A DNA stretch of 64,000 nucleotides from an uncultured Verrucomicrobiae bacterium (GTDB taxonomy: Bacteria; Verrucomicrobiota; Verrucomicrobiia; Limisphaerales; Palsa-1400): NCBI GenBank assembly GCA_963764165.1, contig CAVXRD010000002.1, positions 1,312,001-1,376,000 of the forward strand, given 5' to 3'. Below the pieces are notes generated by a model. The model was not told the origin of the DNA. It saw only the letters and a program-made list of their open reading frames with translations, and ran no database searches. Shown in pieces: positions 49,864-59,069 of this stretch; position 1 is the first letter of the stretch; each line of letters begins with the position of its first letter. Made by a program: the position numbers and the translations under genes.

Positions 49864-49880
49864 GTTTGGGTGGAGTTTTT

Positions 49881-50300
49881 GGTCATGCTGGCGCAGATTG
49901 CGCCTCGCCTATGAAGCCAGCGCGGCTATAGCATTGTGGCACAAGGTGGGGCGCGGTGACAGAATTACGCGCCAAGAGGTGCTTGAAATTAACTTTGCTG
50001 CAAGGCTGTTATTTTGCCTTTTTATCGAGTGCCGCAGTTTTTGCTTCAAAGTCCGCCTTGCGCTGTTCAAACTCCGCTTGTCCGCGCTTGAACGCCGCTA
50101 CCTCCGACTCGCTGCGAAGAAAAGCCTCGACAGCTAGCCCATTTAAGCGAATACATTTCTTTAGTTCGTGCTTCGCTTCCGCCTCGGTCATCCTGTCAAC
50201 ATATTCATAATCCATATATTGTGCCTTTCGATGTCCGTTAGTTTGCGCCGGAAGTCACCCATTAGTCAAGCCGTTAGGCGCAATCTACGCCAGCATAACC
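49881..50300. repeat. 25-bp imperfect inverted repeat flanking ~370 bp between convergent genes
   Basis: GGTCATGCTGGCGCAGATTGCGCCT (49881-49905) versus reverse complement of 50276-50300 GGTTATGCTGGCGTAGATTGCGCCT. Confidence 0.8.
50009..50215 (-). CDS. Small helical hypothetical protein (68 aa)
   Basis: ATG start, charged coiled-coil-like sequence, lies between the inverted repeats. Confidence 0.4.
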   Translation of the reverse strand: MDYEYVDRMTEAEAKHELKKCIRLNGLAVEAFLRSESEVAAFKRGQAEFEQRKADFEAKTAALDKKAK

Positions 50301-51213
50301 GAGTTTTTAGCCAGCCAAAACTCTTGGAGATCATCAGTTCCCGTTTCGTGGTGTGGTGGGTGGTGCGCATGGCGATGGTCTTGACCCGAAACCCATACTC
50401 CCTCGCCCAGCGCCGGACTTCGCGCGTGTCGTCGTAGGTCATCAAGACATCGCCCTTCACCTGCTGCAAAACTTGAAACAAGCGTTCGTGGTCAATATCC
50501 CAATGACGGTAGAGACGCCGCGCCGCCTTCGTATAAGGCGGATCCACAAAAAACAACGTGGTTTTCTTGTGCTTGTGTTTTTGAATCAACTTAAACCCGT
50601 CGCACTGGAAGAAATTCAATTTTTCTCTAAAGGCGGAAATCGCGGTGATCCGGTTGGAAATCGTTTTGGGATACCAGCGCGAGCGCACTCCCCTGCCGTC
50701 CTCGCCTTTGCGGATCAATCCCGCCCCGTCTGCAATCACGCCGCCACGAGCGGTACGATTGCGAAGCAAGCAACGAAACGCCCGTTCGTGCAGCGTGGCG
50801 GGTTTCTGTTCTAGGTGCTTAATTACGTTCCGACGGCCGATGGGAAAGCTGCGGACTTTTTCCGCCAGCCAGACGGAATGGCCGTTGAGCATGGATTTCC
50901 ATGTCGCAGCAACGTCCCGGTCGAGTTCGGAAAATTCCGCCTTGTCCACCAGGTTGGCATGAACAGCGGACAAGGAAATATTGGCGCCGCCGGCGAACGG
51001 TTCCACCAGCAACTTCGGACGAACCGGCCGATTGGCTATCCATTTGCTGGCGATTTTTACAAACCAGCTTTTGCCGCCCGCGTAACGAAACGGACTTTTC
51101 AACCCCTTCTTGGAGTTAGCTGATTTCTTCCTCAATTTTGTTTTTGTCACGGCATGTTTGTTCTGAACTGTGGCAACCTTGAACACCTTCATCACCTCGC
51201 CGATGTGGTTCAT
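50266..51213 (-). CDS. D12-class (Dam-like) N6-adenine DNA methyltransferase; start uncertain
   Basis: SPFRYAGGKS, EPFAGG (SAM motif I), FFVDPPY (motif IV), ELMIS. Confidence 0.92.
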   Translation of the reverse strand: MNHIGEVMKVFKVATVQNKHAVTKTKLRKKSANSKKGLKSPFRYAGGKSWFVKIASKWIANRPVRPKLLVEPFAGGANISLSAVHANLVDKAEFSELDRDVAATWKSMLNGHSVWLAEKVRSFPIGRRNVIKHLEQKPATLHERAFRCLLRNRTARGGVIADGAGLIRKGEDGRGVRSRWYPKTISNRITAISAFREKLNFFQCDGFKLIQKHKHKKTTLFFVDPPYTKAARRLYRHWDIDHERLFQVLQQVKGDVLMTYDDTREVRRWAREYGFRVKTIAMRTTHHTTKRELMISKSFGWLKTRLCWRRLRLTA

Positions 51214-51373
51214 GACCTTGACGCCTCAGCTTTGCATCCAACTGTTCGGAAATCGCGGACATGGCGGGCACGCTACCACCGCGAAGTCCTGGCGGCAAGA
51301 CTGCCTTCCACATCGTTCTCAACGCTCACTCCCCGATTTAGCTGGAATCCCCCGGCGATTGCTCCACTTTAAA

Positions 51374-52267
51374 ATGACGATGCGTTTGATCGGTCATTTG
51401 AAAGACGAAAGCCAGGCCCGGACTTTTTCGGGCTACCTGACTTCCACCGACATCCGCAACAACGTCGAGCCGGATGCGGAAGGCTGGGCCATTTGGGTTT
51501 ATTCGGAAGATCAAATCGAGGCGGGGCTGAAGGCGCTGGATGCTTTTGTCCGAAATCCGGGCGAAAAAAAGTACCAGATCGGCTTGCAGGCGGCGGAAGT
51601 GATCGAACGCAAGCGGGCGCGCGAGGAAGAGCAGGCGGCCAAGCGCATTCACACGCGCGAACGAATCTGGCGAAACTCAAACTTCGCGCCAGTCACGATG
51701 GCGCTCATGGCGATCACGCTGCTGGTGACGCTGAAAATCGGGCTGGAACCCACGTTTGGGGATTTCCACAAGCTGGCCATCGACGAATATGAATATTCCG
51801 GCCACATTCCATTTGTTCCCATAGCGGTGCGCGCGGGGGAGTATTGGCGATTATTGACTCCGATTTTTGTCCATTTCGGCCCGATGCATCTTTTCTTCGA
51901 CGTCTACATGCTTTGGAACCTCGGCTCCGTGATCGAGGTTCGCCGGGGCTCGCTGGCGCTTCTGCTGATGGTGGTGGTGATTGGTGTTTTATCGAACTGG
52001 GCTGAGTATCTGATGGGCGTGTCGTCGTTTGGCGGCCTGTCAGGCGTTGATTACGGACTTTTTGGCTACATTTGGATGCGCGGTTATTTCGATCCGCGCT
52101 CTGGCTTTGGCCTGACCTCCCAATCCGTTCTGATAATGATCTCGTGGTACTTTCTTTGTTTGGTTCATGTTATTCCAGACATTGCGAACACTGTTCACAC
52201 AGTAGGGCTGGCAGTCGGCATGTTGTGGGGGGCATCGGTGGTGGTGACAAATGCGTTGAAACGATGA
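51374..52267 (+). CDS. Rhomboid intramembrane serine protease (GlpG-like)
   Basis: WRLLTPIFVHF, GGLSGV (catalytic Ser), ANTVHTVG (catalytic His). Confidence 0.9.
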   Translation: MTMRLIGHLKDESQARTFSGYLTSTDIRNNVEPDAEGWAIWVYSEDQIEAGLKALDAFVRNPGEKKYQIGLQAAEVIERKRAREEEQAAKRIHTRERIWRNSNFAPVTMALMAITLLVTLKIGLEPTFGDFHKLAIDEYEYSGHIPFVPIAVRAGEYWRLLTPIFVHFGPMHLFFDVYMLWNLGSVIEVRRGSLALLLMVVVIGVLSNWAEYLMGVSSFGGLSGVDYGLFGYIWMRGYFDPRSGFGLTSQSVLIMISWYFLCLVHVIPDIANTVHTVGLAVGMLWGASVVVTNALKR

Positions 52268-52443
52268 CGCCGTCGAACCATCAGCGCATACGATTTTTTG
52301 AAATTGAACAGGAGAAAGACCGAGAGCGTAGAGAAGAGCCAATGAGGATTTAAGCGGCATGGATTGACAACGTGGAAACTCGCGGGCGCTCAACTGGCAC
52401 CGGATTACCACACCTAAAGATTTGAACTTGAAGTGTTCGAGGC

Positions 52444-52478
52444 AAAAAATTCCCGCGCGGGCTTTCGCCAGCGCGGGA
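52444..52478 (-). terminator. Intrinsic terminator downstream of degP
   Basis: TCCCGCGC...GCGCGGGA stem followed by a T6 run on the minus strand. Confidence 0.7.
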
Positions 52479-52526
52479 TGTTGTTTGGTGGAATTCGTTT
52501 TCTAATTGGTCCTCGCTCGGCGCGGA

Positions 52527-54029
52527 TTAACCGGCGTTGCTTTCGTCAACAACCAGGTAGCGGACGCCTTCTTTGTTCCAGACATGCACGAGGGTCGTGC
52601 GGGTCTTGGCGTGTTCCGTCAGGCGGACGGCGTCGTTGGCGCTCGTCACTTCGTGGCGGTTGATCTCGGTGATTACGTCACCGGGTTTGAGGCCCGCGTC
52701 TGCTGAGGCGGAGTTCGGGGCCACTTCTGTGACCAGCGCGCCTTTCACGTCTTCGGGGATGTTGAATTGCTGGCGGGCTTGGGAATCGAGGTCCGTCACC
52801 GCCACGCCTTGCAGCGTGTCCGTCGCGGTGCTCTCGCTGCTGGAATCCTTGCTGGCCAATTGCTCTTCACCGGGAATTTCCTTCACCTTGACATCGAGTG
52901 TCTTGGGGCTGCCGTTGCGCAGGAGGGCCACTTCAACTTTCTCACCGGGGGCCGTCGCGCCGACTTCCAGGCGGAGATGCCGTCCGTCGCTGACAGGATG
53001 GCCATTGAATTTCGTTATCACGTCGCCAGCCTTGATGCCCGCTTTGGCGGCCGGGCCATTCGGCTCGACAGCGCTTACGAGCGCTCCTTGCGTGTTCTTG
53101 AGGTCAAATGCTTTGGCAAGCGCGCCGTCTATATCCTGGATTCGCGCGCCGAGATAACCACGGGTCACGCGGCCGTGCTCAATCAAGCTCGTCATCACCC
53201 CGCGAGCGAGATCGGTCGGGATGGCGAAGCCGATGCCTTGATTTCCACCGCTGCGGCTGTAGATGGCGGTATTGATGCCGATCAAGCGGCCTTCCGCGTC
53301 CACAAGAGCGCCGCCGGAATTGCCGGGATTGATCGCGGCATCGGTTTGGATGAAGTCTTCGTAATCTTCGATGCCAACTCCGCCGCGGCCCGTCGCGCTG
53401 ATGATGCCCATTGTCACGGTTTGGCCGACGTTGAACGGATTGCCAATGGCCAGGACAACATCGCCGGCTTCGCATTGCGCGCTGTCAGCGAAGGTCACCG
53501 CAGGCAGATCCTTTTCATCGATCTTGATGACGGCGATGTCGGACTTGGCGTCTTTGCCGATGACTTTTGCCTTCATCTGGCGGCCATCGTTCAAGGTAAC
53601 ATTGACTTCATTCGCCCCATCGACCACGTGATTATTGGTCAGAATGTAGCCGTCCTTGGTGACAATTACACCGGAGCCAACGCCGCGCTGCTCGGGGGTC
53701 ATCATGTGGCGCTGGGGCATGCCGCCGAAGAATTGCTGGAAGAGCGGGTTATCCGGGAAACCCGGCACGCCCAAGTTCACTTCTTTTCCGGGAATTCGGA
53801 TATCCACCTTCACCACGCTGGGCATGACTTTTTTCACGACCGGCGCGAAGCTGGTGGAAACCTTGACGCTGGTGGCGAGCGGCTTGTCATCAACGACAAG
53901 GCCGATGTTTTTGGGCTTCGATGATTGATCGCTGGCATGGACGCTGAGCACGATTGCGCCGCCGCCCGCGAGGATTGATCCGCCGACAATGAGGGCGGCC
54001 ATTTTTTGGGATAGATGATTCAATTTCAT
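52527..54029 (-). CDS. degP: DegP/DegQ (HtrA) serine endoprotease
   Basis: TNNHVV, DIAVIK, QTDAAINPGNSGG, two PDZ domains. Confidence 0.93.
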   Translation of the reverse strand: MKLNHLSQKMAALIVGGSILAGGGAIVLSVHASDQSSKPKNIGLVVDDKPLATSVKVSTSFAPVVKKVMPSVVKVDIRIPGKEVNLGVPGFPDNPLFQQFFGGMPQRHMMTPEQRGVGSGVIVTKDGYILTNNHVVDGANEVNVTLNDGRQMKAKVIGKDAKSDIAVIKIDEKDLPAVTFADSAQCEAGDVVLAIGNPFNVGQTVTMGIISATGRGGVGIEDYEDFIQTDAAINPGNSGGALVDAEGRLIGINTAIYSRSGGNQGIGFAIPTDLARGVMTSLIEHGRVTRGYLGARIQDIDGALAKAFDLKNTQGALVSAVEPNGPAAKAGIKAGDVITKFNGHPVSDGRHLRLEVGATAPGEKVEVALLRNGSPKTLDVKVKEIPGEEQLASKDSSSESTATDTLQGVAVTDLDSQARQQFNIPEDVKGALVTEVAPNSASADAGLKPGDVITEINRHEVTSANDAVRLTEHAKTRTTLVHVWNKEGVRYLVVDESNAG

Positions 54030-54147
54030 AATGTTCTCAAAAGTTCTGTTCTTTTTTCCGTGTATCGAACTGGACATAAGCTGCCGCAGGCGGATGACAG
54101 GATTCTTTCTGGATCATTACAAGTTGGTAAGGAAAACGGCGGAGATT

Positions 54148-54206
54148 CGGCTGTGTCGAAGACCAGCCCCAGCCATGACAATGTTGCCGCGGCTGGTCTT
54201 CGACAC
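54148..54206. repeat. REP-like inverted pair, same family as 19635-19813
   Basis: CGGCTGTGTCGAAGACCAGCC ... GGCTGGTCTTCGACAC. Confidence 0.75.
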
Positions 54207-54315
54207 CGCGCGCACCAGTCGAGCACTCCGCCGCCGCCCGCCTTCTGCCGCCCGCGCCGCTAAAAATCGCAACGATTTTATGGCAATTTCCCGGCTGCGC
54301 CGCTAGCATGGCGCC

Positions 54316-55446
54316 GTGATTGTTCTTCCGTCCAACAAGCTCTTTAAGGACCTGTCCCCGCGGCAGATTAAACGCTTGGGTGAAGCGGGCCGGGAGATCG
54401 CGTTCCAGAGCCAGCAGGTGATTTTCCGCAAGGGCGATCCCGGCGATGGCATTTATTTCGTTCAATCGGGCACGGTGCTGATCACCACCAACGTCAGCGA
54501 AAACGAAACCCGCGTTCTGTCAACCATCCGGCCCGGCGATATGTTCGGGGAAATGGCCGTGCTGGACAGCGACCCGCGCTCGGCCAATGCCGTGGCCGGA
54601 GAGCCGGCGCGGGTGTGGTTCATCCGGCGAGAGGAGCTTCTGGGACTCATCGACAAGGCGCCGCGCCTGGCCCTGGCCATGGTGCGGGAAATCAGCCAGC
54701 GCATGCGCATGTTTAACGAGCGGTACGTCCGCGAAGTCTTCGAGGCCGAGCGGATGCAGCTCGTTGGCCGCTTCGCCAGCTCCATCGTGCATGATCTGAA
54801 AAATCCACTCGCCATCATCGGTCTTTCTTCCGAGATGGCCTGCATGAAAGGCTCCAACGCCAAGTCGCGCCGCGAAGCCCAGGTTCGCATCCAGAAGCAG
54901 GTTGAACGCATCACCAGCATGGTGGGGGAGCTGCTTGATTTCGCGAAAGGATCGGCCAGCGATTCGGCGCTGGAGGAGATGCTTTACCCCTGGTTCGTCG
55001 AGCCCCTGATTGATGAGATTCGCCAGGAGGTTGCGATGCGCTCCGTCCAGATCGAATACATCGATAAAACACCCCGCGTCAATGTCGCGATTGACGCCCA
55101 AAGGCTTTCCCGCGTTTTCCACAACCTGATTGCCAACGCCACCGACGCCATGGCTGGCGGAGGCGTGATCAAGTTGCATTTTCGCGAGACGAACAGCGAG
55201 GTGGTCACCGAGTTGGAAGATTCCGGCAAAGGCATCGCGCCCCAGATTATGGATCGCCTTTTCCAGGCCTTCGCCACCCACGGCAAATCCAACGGCACCG
55301 GGCTTGGGCTTTCGATCTGCAAGAAGATCGTGGAGGATCACCACGGGCGAATTTACGCTCGAAACGTTCCGGGCGGCGGCGCGCTGTTTGGTTTCGCACT
55401 GCCGTTGTCCAAAGGCGCTCCGAGCGCGGCGGACGCGGCCGAATGA
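54316..55446 (+). CDS. Cyclic-nucleotide-binding domain histidine kinase
   Basis: IFRKGDPGD, FGEMAVLDSDPRSA (cNMP); HDLKNPL, NLIANA, GTGLGL. Confidence 0.9.
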   Translation: MIVLPSNKLFKDLSPRQIKRLGEAGREIAFQSQQVIFRKGDPGDGIYFVQSGTVLITTNVSENETRVLSTIRPGDMFGEMAVLDSDPRSANAVAGEPARVWFIRREELLGLIDKAPRLALAMVREISQRMRMFNERYVREVFEAERMQLVGRFASSIVHDLKNPLAIIGLSSEMACMKGSNAKSRREAQVRIQKQVERITSMVGELLDFAKGSASDSALEEMLYPWFVEPLIDEIRQEVAMRSVQIEYIDKTPRVNVAIDAQRLSRVFHNLIANATDAMAGGGVIKLHFRETNSEVVTELEDSGKGIAPQIMDRLFQAFATHGKSNGTGLGLSICKKIVEDHHGRIYARNVPGGGALFGFALPLSKGAPSAADAAE

Positions 55447-57323
55447 ACCGCATCCGCCTGTTATCCGAGCAGGTGGCGAACCAAATCGCCGCCGGAGAAG
55501 TTGTCGAGCGGCCCGCCAGCGTGGTCAAGGAACTGGTGGAAAATGCCCTTGACGCCAAGGCCGCGCGCATCACGGTGGAAATCCAGGCCGGCGGGCGCAG
55601 CCTTATCCGCGTCACCGACGACGGTTTTGGCATGGGGCGCGACGACGCGTTGCTCAGCCTCGAACGCCACGCCACCAGCAAAATTCAAAAGGCCGAAGAC
55701 CTCGCCTCCATCGGCACGCTGGGATTTCGCGGTGAAGCGCTGCCGAGCATCGCCAGCGTCAGCCGCTTTTCGCTCACCACGCGCGAGCGAGAAAGCGATT
55801 CGCCGGAGGGAACCCAGGTCATCGTCAATGGCGGCAAGATTGTGTCCGTGCAGGCTTGCGGAAGCGCGACCGGCACCAGCATCGAAGTGCGGCAGCTTTT
55901 CTTCAACCTCCCCGCCCGGCGCAAATTCCTGCGCGGCGAGGAAACTGAGACCGCGCACATCCGCCATTACCTCACGCTGGCCGCGCTGGCCTGCCCGAAC
56001 GTCGCGTTTGAATTCATCAAGGATGGCCGGGCGGTATGGCAATTGCCCGCCGCCCAATCGGCCGACAAGCTGGCAGGCTTGGGCGAACGCCTGCGCGCGC
56101 TGACGGGCAGCGGCGACAGGCTGTTGCCAGTGGAATTCTCCGCCGAACTTCCCGCCTTGGCGGACGAGAGCGGAGACAGCGAAACCTCGGCGCCCGCCGA
56201 GAAGTTTGTCATTTGGGGATTCATGGGATCACCCGGCGTCTCGCGCTCGACCCGTGAGGACCAGCATCTTTTTGTCAACCGTCGTCCGGTGGAGAATCGC
56301 GGCCTGAACTTTGCGCTGATGGAAGGCTATCACACCGCGCTGATGAAAGGGCGCTATCCCGTTTGCTGTCTTTTTCTGGAAGTGAATCCGGCGGAAGTGG
56401 ACGTTAATATCCACCCCGCAAAGCGCGAAGTGAAATTCCATCGCGAACGCGCCGTGCGGCAATTGACCGCGCAGGCCGTCCGCGAAACGCTGTTGAAGTT
56501 TCACACGCCCTCCCTACCTCCACCGCTTCCCGCCGCGGCGGCTGCCGCGCCAGCCCCCGCTGCCAATCCCGCGCCCGCGCCACGTCCTGAATCGCCGCCG
56601 CCCGCCCTTCGCCTGCCGGAGTTGCCGCGTCTTTATCCAACGCTGTCGCCACCGCCGCCGCGCCCATTGTTTCCCGAGATTTCTGCCGTGCCCGTTCCCG
56701 CCGCGCGCGCGCCCGCGCCGCATCCATCGGCCTTGCTGCAAGTGCCATTGCGATTAGTTGGCGTGGTGGGCCGCTTGTATGTCGTTTTGGAATCGGATCG
56801 CGGATTGGTTTTGCTTGATCAACACGCGGCGCATGAACGAATTCTATTCGAGCAGATGCTGCGGCGCATGGAGGAGAACGGAGCCGCACCATCCCAGCGC
56901 CTCCTGCTGCCGGAAACCGTGGAACTCTCCGCCCGCGACGCCCAATTCCTGCGCGAACAACTCCCCGCCCTCAGCCGCCTCGGCGTCGGCTTGAGCGAAT
57001 TTGGCGAGCGGACATTTCTCCTCGATAGCCTTCCGCCATTTGTGAAGGGCATTCAGCCGCGGCGGTTTATTTTGGAGTTGGTGGATGAATTGAAATCGGC
57101 TGGGCAGGGGGTGAACGCGCTGCGCCTTGGCGAGCATGTCATCGCCAAAACCGTTTGCCGCCATGCAGTGAAGGCGAACGACCCGCTGGCCGGGCCGGAA
57201 TTGGAAAACTTAATCGAAGACTTGCGCCATTGCGCGATGCCCTACACCTGCCCGCACGGGCGCCCGACGCTCATCGAAATGAACTTCCGCGAACTGGAAA
57301 AGAAGTTCGGTCGAACGCAGTGA
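55443..57323 (+). CDS. mutL: DNA mismatch repair endonuclease MutL
   Basis: NQIAAGEVVERPASVVKELVEN, GFRGEAL, DQHAAHERILFE, CPHGRP. Confidence 0.97.
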   Translation: MNRIRLLSEQVANQIAAGEVVERPASVVKELVENALDAKAARITVEIQAGGRSLIRVTDDGFGMGRDDALLSLERHATSKIQKAEDLASIGTLGFRGEALPSIASVSRFSLTTRERESDSPEGTQVIVNGGKIVSVQACGSATGTSIEVRQLFFNLPARRKFLRGEETETAHIRHYLTLAALACPNVAFEFIKDGRAVWQLPAAQSADKLAGLGERLRALTGSGDRLLPVEFSAELPALADESGDSETSAPAEKFVIWGFMGSPGVSRSTREDQHLFVNRRPVENRGLNFALMEGYHTALMKGRYPVCCLFLEVNPAEVDVNIHPAKREVKFHRERAVRQLTAQAVRETLLKFHTPSLPPPLPAAAAAAPAPAANPAPAPRPESPPPALRLPELPRLYPTLSPPPPRPLFPEISAVPVPAARAPAPHPSALLQVPLRLVGVVGRLYVVLESDRGLVLLDQHAAHERILFEQMLRRMEENGAAPSQRLLLPETVELSARDAQFLREQLPALSRLGVGLSEFGERTFLLDSLPPFVKGIQPRRFILELVDELKSAGQGVNALRLGEHVIAKTVCRHAVKANDPLAGPELENLIEDLRHCAMPYTCPHGRPTLIEMNFRELEKKFGRTQ

Positions 57324-57358
57324 ATAGTTTGGCCGGCGTTGTGCCGGCCATGCTCTGC

Positions 57359-58066
57359 TCAGCGATGCCCGCCGCCATGGAAGCCACCGCCTCCATGAAA
57401 TCCACCGCCAAACCCGCCGTGCCAGCCGCCATGTCCCCAGCCCCAGCCCCAGCCGCCGCCAATGACAACCGGGCCACCCCAGTAAGGACCGTAGTAATAC
57501 GGATCGTAATAAGGATACGCGTAAGTCGGCGCGTCCTGAATAACCGTAGTCGAAACCGCGGGCGGCGGCGTCGAGGGAGCTGCGACTTGCCCTTGTGCTG
57601 GTGGAGGCGTTGTTCCATTCGGAGGAGGAGGCTGCGACTGGGCGTATTGCTGCTGGTACGTCATCGCTTGCTGCTGCAATTGGCCGTCTCGCGAAATGAT
57701 CGCCTTGGTAATATCCTGCGGCACTCCGAGATTCTGCAGGTAAACTAGATTATCCGCCGAAAGATGATACGGGAGGGTCGTGTTGTTGATGTAATGTATG
57801 ATGATATCCTTGCCGATGCCCCCTTGATACATTTTCACCACCTCGCTCACCCCGTAGGGAACTCCCGGCGTCATTCCGCCAGGCGGTGGGGCGCCGGGAG
57901 GTGGCGCGGTGGGTCCCGGAAAAATGCCGCTCGGATTTGAATATGGTGGGGGGGCGACCGGCGCGGGCACGGTGTTGGTGCTCTGGGCGTTGGCCGCGGA
58001 AGCCCCCAGGCAAACTGCGGCAGCGGCGACAAGCGCCGCACGGGCGGACGACGAAGAAATCTTCAT
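57359..58066 (-). CDS. Secreted Pro/Gly-rich hypothetical protein
   Basis: Signal peptide, core EVVKMYQGG...YHLSADNLVYLQNLGV, GGF/HGG-rich tail. Confidence 0.65.
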   Translation of the reverse strand: MKISSSSARAALVAAAAVCLGASAANAQSTNTVPAPVAPPPYSNPSGIFPGPTAPPPGAPPPGGMTPGVPYGVSEVVKMYQGGIGKDIIIHYINNTTLPYHLSADNLVYLQNLGVPQDITKAIISRDGQLQQQAMTYQQQYAQSQPPPPNGTTPPPAQGQVAAPSTPPPAVSTTVIQDAPTYAYPYYDPYYYGPYWGGPVVIGGGWGWGWGHGGWHGGFGGGFHGGGGFHGGGHR

Positions 58067-58316
58067 TTTAAATCTCCTCCGGCACAATGCCGGAATAAAC
58101 GGTTTACTGAACGAAACTTATGCCTTTTCCAAGGCCGGCGCAAGCGGCCCTGTCTGCACAATAGGACGCGCAGCCGGCTTCGGAAATTCACATGGCCCAC
58201 CCGGGATCAAGAATAAGACCCATCCGTACTACTGGTCCCATTCTTGCTATGGGCTGGTTTGCCTTTGACTTTGCCGGAGTTAGTTCCTACGATGGATAAG
58301 AGAGCTCGCACTCAAA

Positions 58317-59036
58317 ATGGAAGCCGAGACATTGAATTGCCCCATGTGCGGCGCCGCGGCGGCGACGGATGCCACGCGGTGCGAGCACTGCAGCGCGCGC
58401 CTCGCCACGGTAGCGTGTCCTGCCTGCTTTGGAATGATGTTCCTCGGTCAGAAATTTTGCCCGCATTGCGGTGCAAAAGCGGACCGCAAAGACGCCTCCG
58501 AGCCGGATATCGCCCGACCCTGCCCGCGCTGTCAAGCGAATCTCGAAGCCGTCAAAATTGGCGGCAGCGATGTTCAGGAGTGTCCAAGCTGCGAAGGCAT
58601 TTGGCTGGATGCGGAAACATTGCGCCAAATTTGCGCCGACCAGGAAAAACAGGCGGCCGTCCTCGGCCTGCCTTCGCCGCCTGTTTCCAACGAGTGCGTC
58701 GCAGTCGAAAATCAAGTTCGATACCTTCACTGCCCCGTCTGCGCGGAAATCATGAATCGCGTCAACTTCGCGAGTTATTCCGCTGTGATTGTCGATGTTT
58801 GCCGCCAGCACGGCACTTGGTTTGATCGTGATGAACTGCGCAGGATTGTGGAGTTCATCCGGGCTGGTGGATTGGACAAGGCGCGCAAGCGCGAGATCGA
58901 AAATCTGGAATTGGACCGCCGTCTTGCCAGTCTCGACCGTTCGATGGGTCACTCCACCATGCCTGATGTTGAAGTTGATCCTAGAGGCGGGGCGCTGGCG
59001 GGCGTGGCGAGATTTTTGTTTGATTTGCTGTCGTGA
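58317..59036 (+). CDS. Multi zinc-ribbon protein (double zinc ribbon + zf-TFIIB-like)
   Basis: Multiple CxxC pairs; GIWLDAETL and HGTWFDRDEL. Confidence 0.8.
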   Translation: MEAETLNCPMCGAAAATDATRCEHCSARLATVACPACFGMMFLGQKFCPHCGAKADRKDASEPDIARPCPRCQANLEAVKIGGSDVQECPSCEGIWLDAETLRQICADQEKQAAVLGLPSPPVSNECVAVENQVRYLHCPVCAEIMNRVNFASYSAVIVDVCRQHGTWFDRDELRRIVEFIRAGGLDKARKREIENLELDRRLASLDRSMGHSTMPDVEVDPRGGALAGVARFLFDLLS

Positions 59037-59069
59037 TTTGGCGTTCCAATCTTCGTCAAACACTTCCAG

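Noticed and set aside
56510..56730. Insertion or intein within mutL
   Set aside because: Pro/Ala-rich low-complexity linker between the ATPase and C-terminal domains, normal for MutL
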